DNA of 11,314 nucleotides from an uncultured archaeon. GTDB lineage: Archaea; Asgardarchaeota; Lokiarchaeia; Sigyniarchaeales; Promethearchaeaceae. Below the pieces are notes generated by a model. That model saw nothing but the letters and a program-made list of their open reading frames with translations, had not been told where the DNA came from and did not search any database. Made by a program: the position numbers and the translations under genes. Below are positions 7,002 to 11,314 of this stretch, in pieces. Positions within the stretch are counted from its first letter, which is position 1. Each line of letters begins with the position of its first letter. The DNA lies in the NCBI GenBank assembly GCA_964426185.1, contig CAYRPF010000043.1, forward strand, positions 1 to 11,314. The letters run 5' to 3'.

Positions 7002-7301
7002 TTATACGTCGTGAATTTGTTCCAGTAAACTTAAAATCTGATAGATTTGAGTTCTGCTATGTAGTGGGCAGTTTAAATCTTGAGCAATATCTTCTAACAA
7101 AGAAATGCAATTACTGGCACATACGATTGGAGTATTCTTTTTGTTATCAATGTTCACTATTAAATCTAAAGATTCTTGGGCAATTTTTCGAATATTGCGT
7201 GGAACTCCATTATCTTCATTAATCATATTCAATAAAAATTTGACTTGTTCAAAATTTTCTTCATTTTCTGCAATCTTTTCACTTTTCGTTTTTCGTGGCA
7301 T
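7002..7301 (-). CDS. UPF0147 family archaeal protein
   Basis: Signatures 'I.ED.GVPRNIRK.A' and 'IS.LE.I..D.N.P.H.RT.I.QILS.LE'. The start is placed at ATG 7301 (MPRKTK, 99 aa) because GAGATGA precedes it; the ORF track extends to 7337. Confidence 0.85.
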   Translation of the reverse strand: MPRKTKSEKIAENEENFEQVKFLLNMINEDNGVPRNIRKIAQESLDLIVNIDNKKNTPIVCASNCISLLEDIAQDLNCPLHSRTQIYQILSLLEQIHDV

Positions 7302-7445
7302 AATAATCATCTCATTATGTGTAAAAATTTTCCTCATGCTTCATTGGTAACCTATAACCAGTTGAGAAGAAGATAAAAGAAATATAATTCACGTATTTAA
7401 ATACGACATATTTAAAAAAATTTTGCAATATCGCACTTCAATTCT

Positions 7446-9284
7446 TTATGAGATTGATTTTTTTATTAAATCAGCCCATTTCTGATATAAACGTTGCACA
7501 ATATAAAAACTGATTTTAGGCTGACGGTGTGCATCCACAATTCCTTTGTTATTTTGTTCTTGTGGTTTATCGCGAAAACCATTATACGGGCTTAAACGAA
7601 AATCGTTAAAATGCCCAATACAAGCGCCAGCAATGTAATCTTTCTTTATAATCTCAGAAATATAAGTTCGTAGGAGATCGTACTGAAAATTCTCACTCCA
7701 ATGAGCTATAGCAAATGATTTAAATCCAGTAATTGCTTCAGCACCAAATTCCAATAGAACCAATGGTTTTAATTTTCCATCTATATGTTTTTCTTTAATA
7801 GATTCCCAAATTCTATCAATAAATTTGGCAGACTCTGCCGGAGATTTATTATATTTTCCATACCAACCTGAATCAGTTCGGGTACAAACAAAATCCACTA
7901 AATCAAATGTGAGGTCTTCTAATGGAGTTTTGGAAACCAAAGAATGAGTTCTAAATGGATCTAATTCTCGAGACAAAGCGAGCAATTCTTCCATAAATTC
8001 TCTTCCTTCTTTAGAATTAGTCTCACAGTCACTTCCAACCAACCATGTAATTATAGAACAGTGATTTTTATCTCGATGAATCATTTCCCATAACTGTTTT
8101 TGAGCGATTGTTAAGTATTCTTTTGAATAATCTTTTGTAGTGAATCCACATACAGGAATTTGCTCTAATATCAGAAATCCCATTTCATCAGCCAATTCTA
8201 AGAGTGATTCATGAGGAGGAAAATAGGTAGTTCTAATGCAATTAATATTTGCATCTTTCATGATATTTAGATCATTGTAAATTAAACGTGGATTCAGAGA
8301 AGAACCTACATCTGGATGATCATCAAACCGATTAACTCCACGTAGGATTATACGAGAATTATTCAAATAGAAATTATGCTCATTGACATAGAATTCACGA
8401 AAACCCCATCTTAGTGTTTCTCTATCAATTTCCATTCGATTTTTTTCTTCAATTAGCTGGAAAACTACATCATATAAATATGGATTTTCTGGGGTCCATA
8501 AAGTTGGATTCTCTAAAGGAATAATGGCATTGAAAAATTCACTATTTTTATTCTTCATGTTAATGTTCAATTCATGAGTAGTGTGCATAAAATTGTCCTT
8601 TACTGAAACTAAAACACTTCCCTTAAATGGTCTGGCATAAGACCTATAGTCTTTTATAAAAAAGCGAACTTTTAGTTTTGCTTGGCAATTTTGATAACCT
8701 TGACCTAAAGGACGATCAAATTCAATGCTATTAGTTAATTTAATATCATCAAGGCATACCATGGAAGTTTGCTTTAAATAAACTTGGCGGTAAATCCCTC
8801 CATAATTCATCCAAGGAGGATTTAATCCCCAAGGTAGTCGGTTTGGATAATAACGATTATCAACTTGGATGATTAGTAAGTTTTCCTTGCCAAATTTCAC
8901 AAATTGATTGATTTCAAACCAGAATTTCGTATAACCACCTTCATGAAAACCTACGTAATGACCATTTATCCAAACTGAAGTTAGATAATTAGAACCATTG
9001 AGAACTAACGTAATCTTCTTTCCATTCCCTGAACCCCATTTAAATGGAAGGAAAAAGGAAGTTTCATACCATCCTGTTCCAAAATGATAAAAATTCTTTC
9101 TGTTTTGATAATAAGACCAAGTTGAGGGAACGTATACTTTTAATCGTTGATCATCAAAGGGTAGACCTGTCTCAAACCATTTATTTATGATTCCAGGATC
9201 TTCTTTGTCGGTATCATCTTGCGAAAGGCCAAAGTGAAATTTCCAAAAGGTGTTTGAAAGCAAGATCCGTTTTAAATCCGCCAT
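7446..9284 (-). CDS. Glycoside hydrolase family 2 (beta-glucuronidase-like) protein with atypical active-site motifs
   Basis: GH2 sugar-binding domain (VPSTW, GTGWYE, VWINGHYVGFHEGGY, NYGGIYRQV), LWTPENPYLY, GFREF, LRGVNR, LADEMG, EMIHRDKNHCSIITW, nucleophile region LLEFGAEA, and NNKG (NxKG glucuronidase motif). SD-like AGGCGA upstream. Confidence 0.9.
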   Translation of the reverse strand: MADLKRILLSNTFWKFHFGLSQDDTDKEDPGIINKWFETGLPFDDQRLKVYVPSTWSYYQNRKNFYHFGTGWYETSFFLPFKWGSGNGKKITLVLNGSNYLTSVWINGHYVGFHEGGYTKFWFEINQFVKFGKENLLIIQVDNRYYPNRLPWGLNPPWMNYGGIYRQVYLKQTSMVCLDDIKLTNSIEFDRPLGQGYQNCQAKLKVRFFIKDYRSYARPFKGSVLVSVKDNFMHTTHELNINMKNKNSEFFNAIIPLENPTLWTPENPYLYDVVFQLIEEKNRMEIDRETLRWGFREFYVNEHNFYLNNSRIILRGVNRFDDHPDVGSSLNPRLIYNDLNIMKDANINCIRTTYFPPHESLLELADEMGFLILEQIPVCGFTTKDYSKEYLTIAQKQLWEMIHRDKNHCSIITWLVGSDCETNSKEGREFMEELLALSRELDPFRTHSLVSKTPLEDLTFDLVDFVCTRTDSGWYGKYNKSPAESAKFIDRIWESIKEKHIDGKLKPLVLLEFGAEAITGFKSFAIAHWSENFQYDLLRTYISEIIKKDYIAGACIGHFNDFRLSPYNGFRDKPQEQNNKGIVDAHRQPKISFYIVQRLYQKWADLIKKSIS

Positions 9285-9288
9285 GCTA

Positions 9289-9319
9289 TCGCCTTAAAAT
9301 TTCACATACTTTATAAAAA
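9289..9319 (-). promoter_or_regulatory. Putative TATA box and SD for the GH2 gene
   Basis: Minus-strand TTTTATAAA about 26-35 nt upstream of ATG 9284, and AGGCGA at 9294-9289. Confidence 0.4.
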
Positions 9320-9361
9320 TTAATGCTACTAAAAAATGTTAAACGAAATTTGGAAAATAGA

Positions 9362-10333
9362 TCATTTCACTGGAAGTTCATATTCATGACATGTGTAGTT
9401 TTCCTTTAACTTTACTTGCCCATTTATAAATTGAGTGGCAAATTGCCCGCAATTGGAACCTATAGCATTCTCTTCCCATTCTCCGATGCTTAATATGCAC
9501 TCATAACCATATTCTCGAAAAGAATCCCGAACTTTTAGATTGTTTAACAGATTTTGAGTGATTTTACTTTTCAATTGATTTTCTTTTGCACGGTTAGTAG
9601 GATTAATTGGAGTAATTTTAATTAAGTATTTATCTGGATTAAAGAAAGGTAAAAGTTTTGCGGGTTGAAGATCAACAGATTCTTCTACAGCGAAATTTAG
9701 TGTAATTTTTCGATCACCTTTTTCAAACCAACGATCCCCAAAGGTGGAAATTTGTGCAAAATTCCAAATAGGAACTGGGATAAGAGATTGTCGCATTTTT
9801 TGATCGGTAGAATGTATTGAAAATTGTAATTGGAAATGGCCGTTTCGATAAAATTTTTGCTTGATTTCTAATAAATGTTCAAAAAATGACCCCGCATTTT
9901 TAGGAGCAATTGTACTAATGCATGGTATTAATCCAGGAGCTTTGATTAGATGAGGGAGGTCTTTTAATAATTCTAATACATTATCGTTTAAACTGGGTTC
10001 TCCCATTCGGGCAAATTGGATTTTGAATTTTTTAACAGGAATTTCTAAATTCGGATAATATTGAGTGATCATATGCTCTAATTGAGCCCACATTCCTTCT
10101 TTAGAAACTTTACCATGATAATATTCTCCTGCATCGCACATTAAACATCCGATAGGGCAACCAAATAAGGTAGAAAGGATTAGAACCCATTTTTCTTCTC
10201 TTGAATGGGGCGGTTGTATACTATGAACAAATTCTAGAATTTCCCCACCATATCGCCCAATATATAAAGTAGCCAAATTCTGTTTCCCAAACTTTCGAAG
10301 TATTTCAATTTCCAACAATTTCACCTTTATCAA
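9362..10333 (-). CDS. Radical SAM protein, RlmN/Cfr-like (class A methyltransferase-related), short form
   Basis: CxxxCxxC (GCPIGCLMC, first Cys at 10159-10157), RMGEP motif, LQFSIHS, and C-terminal SNCGQ (Cys at 9451-9449). It lacks the RlmN N-terminal helical domain. Start is TTG 10333 or GTG 10324. Confidence 0.85.
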   Translation of the reverse strand: MIKVKLLEIEILRKFGKQNLATLYIGRYGGEILEFVHSIQPPHSREEKWVLILSTLFGCPIGCLMCDAGEYYHGKVSKEGMWAQLEHMITQYYPNLEIPVKKFKIQFARMGEPSLNDNVLELLKDLPHLIKAPGLIPCISTIAPKNAGSFFEHLLEIKQKFYRNGHFQLQFSIHSTDQKMRQSLIPVPIWNFAQISTFGDRWFEKGDRKITLNFAVEESVDLQPAKLLPFFNPDKYLIKITPINPTNRAKENQLKSKITQNLLNNLKVRDSFREYGYECILSIGEWEENAIGSNCGQFATQFINGQVKLKENYTCHEYELPVK

Positions 10334-10399
10334 TTATAACAGATACCGATTCTATAAGATATTAATGTGAATAATTAAGAAAAACCTCACTATATTTTG

Positions 10400-11311
10400 T
10401 TATTTTATTAACTCGCTTTTGCACAATTCCATAGCTGTTTTAATTCCGTCTCCCATTGATAGGCTTATTTGCCTGTATTGAGGATGAACGAGGTCTCCAA
10501 TTAAAAAAAGCCTACGAGATTGGAATAATTCGTTTTTTTGTGTTTTTAAATATTTTTCAATTAAAAACGAGTTGGGGATTCGACCGATAGCCACTATAAT
10601 TAAATCAACCTCAAAATAGGGTAGATGTTTTGCAGATGAAGAAAAAATTCGAATTTGTTCATTCTTCAAGGATATATTGGAAATTGGAAAATTTAACTGG
10701 ATTTTGATGTTGTTCTTTTCTCCAACTAAGTTTTGTAAACGTGAAATTGCTCTTATTTTAGAAGATCTTACTAAAATTATAACTTCATTTCCTTTCTGGA
10801 CCAAATTTAAGGCATAATCAAACGCGACATCACCGCTACCAATTATTGCGATTCTCTTTTGAGTTGAATTTATATTTTTTATTTCGTAATAAAGCTTTTG
10901 CTGCTTAAATCCCTCTGATTCACCCGCTACATCTAGTTTTTTAGGCTGCGAGCCAGTTGCAAGTACTAAGTAGGATGATTGGAACTTTCCATATCTGGTT
11001 TCTATTTGAAATAAATTTTGCAAAAAATCTATACGATTTACTCGCAATTGTTTAAAATTGAGACGGTAATTTTGGATAATTTCAGTAAATATTTCACATA
11101 ATTTTTTCCCAGATATTCCTTGAGGAAATGTAATCAGATTTTCAATTAGAAAAGCATTTTTTACACAACCACCAATTTCTTCACCAATTAGTAAATAAGA
11201 GGTTCCTTCACGTTGTAGTTGTAAAGCAGTAGATATTCCTGCCGGTCCGGCTCCAATGATTATTATTGAATGATAATTCTCCCTATTTTTCATATTCTCC
11301 CTATTTTTCAT
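10400..11311 (-). CDS. NAD(P)/FAD-dependent oxidoreductase, thioredoxin reductase (TrxB)-like fold, lacking the redox CxxC
   Basis: IIIIGAGPAG (FAD), IGG, LATGS, IAIIGSGDVAFD (NAD(P)H), AIGRIPN and LIGD...YRQ...GDG. The 5' end lies in an 18-bp tandem repeat at the window edge, so the true start is uncertain (ATG 11293, 11311 or further upstream). Confidence 0.88.
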   Translation of the reverse strand: MKNRENMKNRENYHSIIIIGAGPAGISTALQLQREGTSYLLIGEEIGGCVKNAFLIENLITFPQGISGKKLCEIFTEIIQNYRLNFKQLRVNRIDFLQNLFQIETRYGKFQSSYLVLATGSQPKKLDVAGESEGFKQQKLYYEIKNINSTQKRIAIIGSGDVAFDYALNLVQKGNEVIILVRSSKIRAISRLQNLVGEKNNIKIQLNFPISNISLKNEQIRIFSSSAKHLPYFEVDLIIVAIGRIPNSFLIEKYLKTQKNELFQSRRLFLIGDLVHPQYRQISLSMGDGIKTAMELCKSELIK

Positions 11312-11314
11312 ATT
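11276..11314. repeat. 18-bp perfect tandem repeat ATTCTCCCTATTTTTCAT (2 copies plus the first 3 nt of a possible third), encoding MKNREN repeats
   Basis: Copies at 11276-11293 and 11294-11311, then ATT at 11312-11314 where the window ends. Confidence 0.9.

Noticed and set aside
6360-7350. Antisense ORFs 6360-6551 (-) and 7105-7350 (+)
   Set aside because: Shadows of the 6203 gene and the UPF0147 gene.
10400-11311. TrxB-like protein as the reductase for the Sec-Sec protein
   Set aside because: It is over 4 kb away on the opposite strand, separated by unrelated genes, and lacks the CxxC needed for dithiol exchange. No sequence evidence links the two.
1-11314. CRISPR array, tRNA/rRNA genes (including tRNA-Sec), transposases or integrases
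   Set aside because: No spaced direct repeats, no GC-rich cloverleaf-like segments in the short intergenic regions, and no mobile-element ORFs were seen.

Overview
AT-rich archaeal window, most likely Asgard/Lokiarchaeia (Promethearchaeota). That assignment is inferred from an archaeal-type MetRS, a UPF0147 protein, a PGF/Loki-CTERM-like sorting tail, a VWA + RING/PHD-finger protein and a eukaryote-type SECIS. Genes in order: secreted, C-terminally anchored M1 aminopeptidase (-); VWA + two C4HC3 zinc fingers (+); metG (+); a selenoprotein gene truncated by the ORF track (+); Cys-rich two-TM hypothetical protein (+); UPF0147 (-); GH2 glucuronidase-like protein with a degenerate active site (-); RlmN-like radical SAM protein (-); TrxB-like flavoprotein lacking CxxC (-). 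Main finding: the ORF-track 66-aa ORF at 5808 is the 3' part of a 107-codon HesB-like gene (5685..6008) with a strong Shine-Dalgarno and two adjacent in-frame TGA codons (G-TGA-TGA-G, 5781-5786). A eukaryote-type SECIS (ATGA-N11-AAA...TGAT; ATGA at 6034, 25 nt after the stop) follows, nested in a perfect 13-bp stem ending in oligo-T. This predicts a protein with two adjacent selenocysteines (Sec-Sec). Both window ends lie in short tandem repeats.
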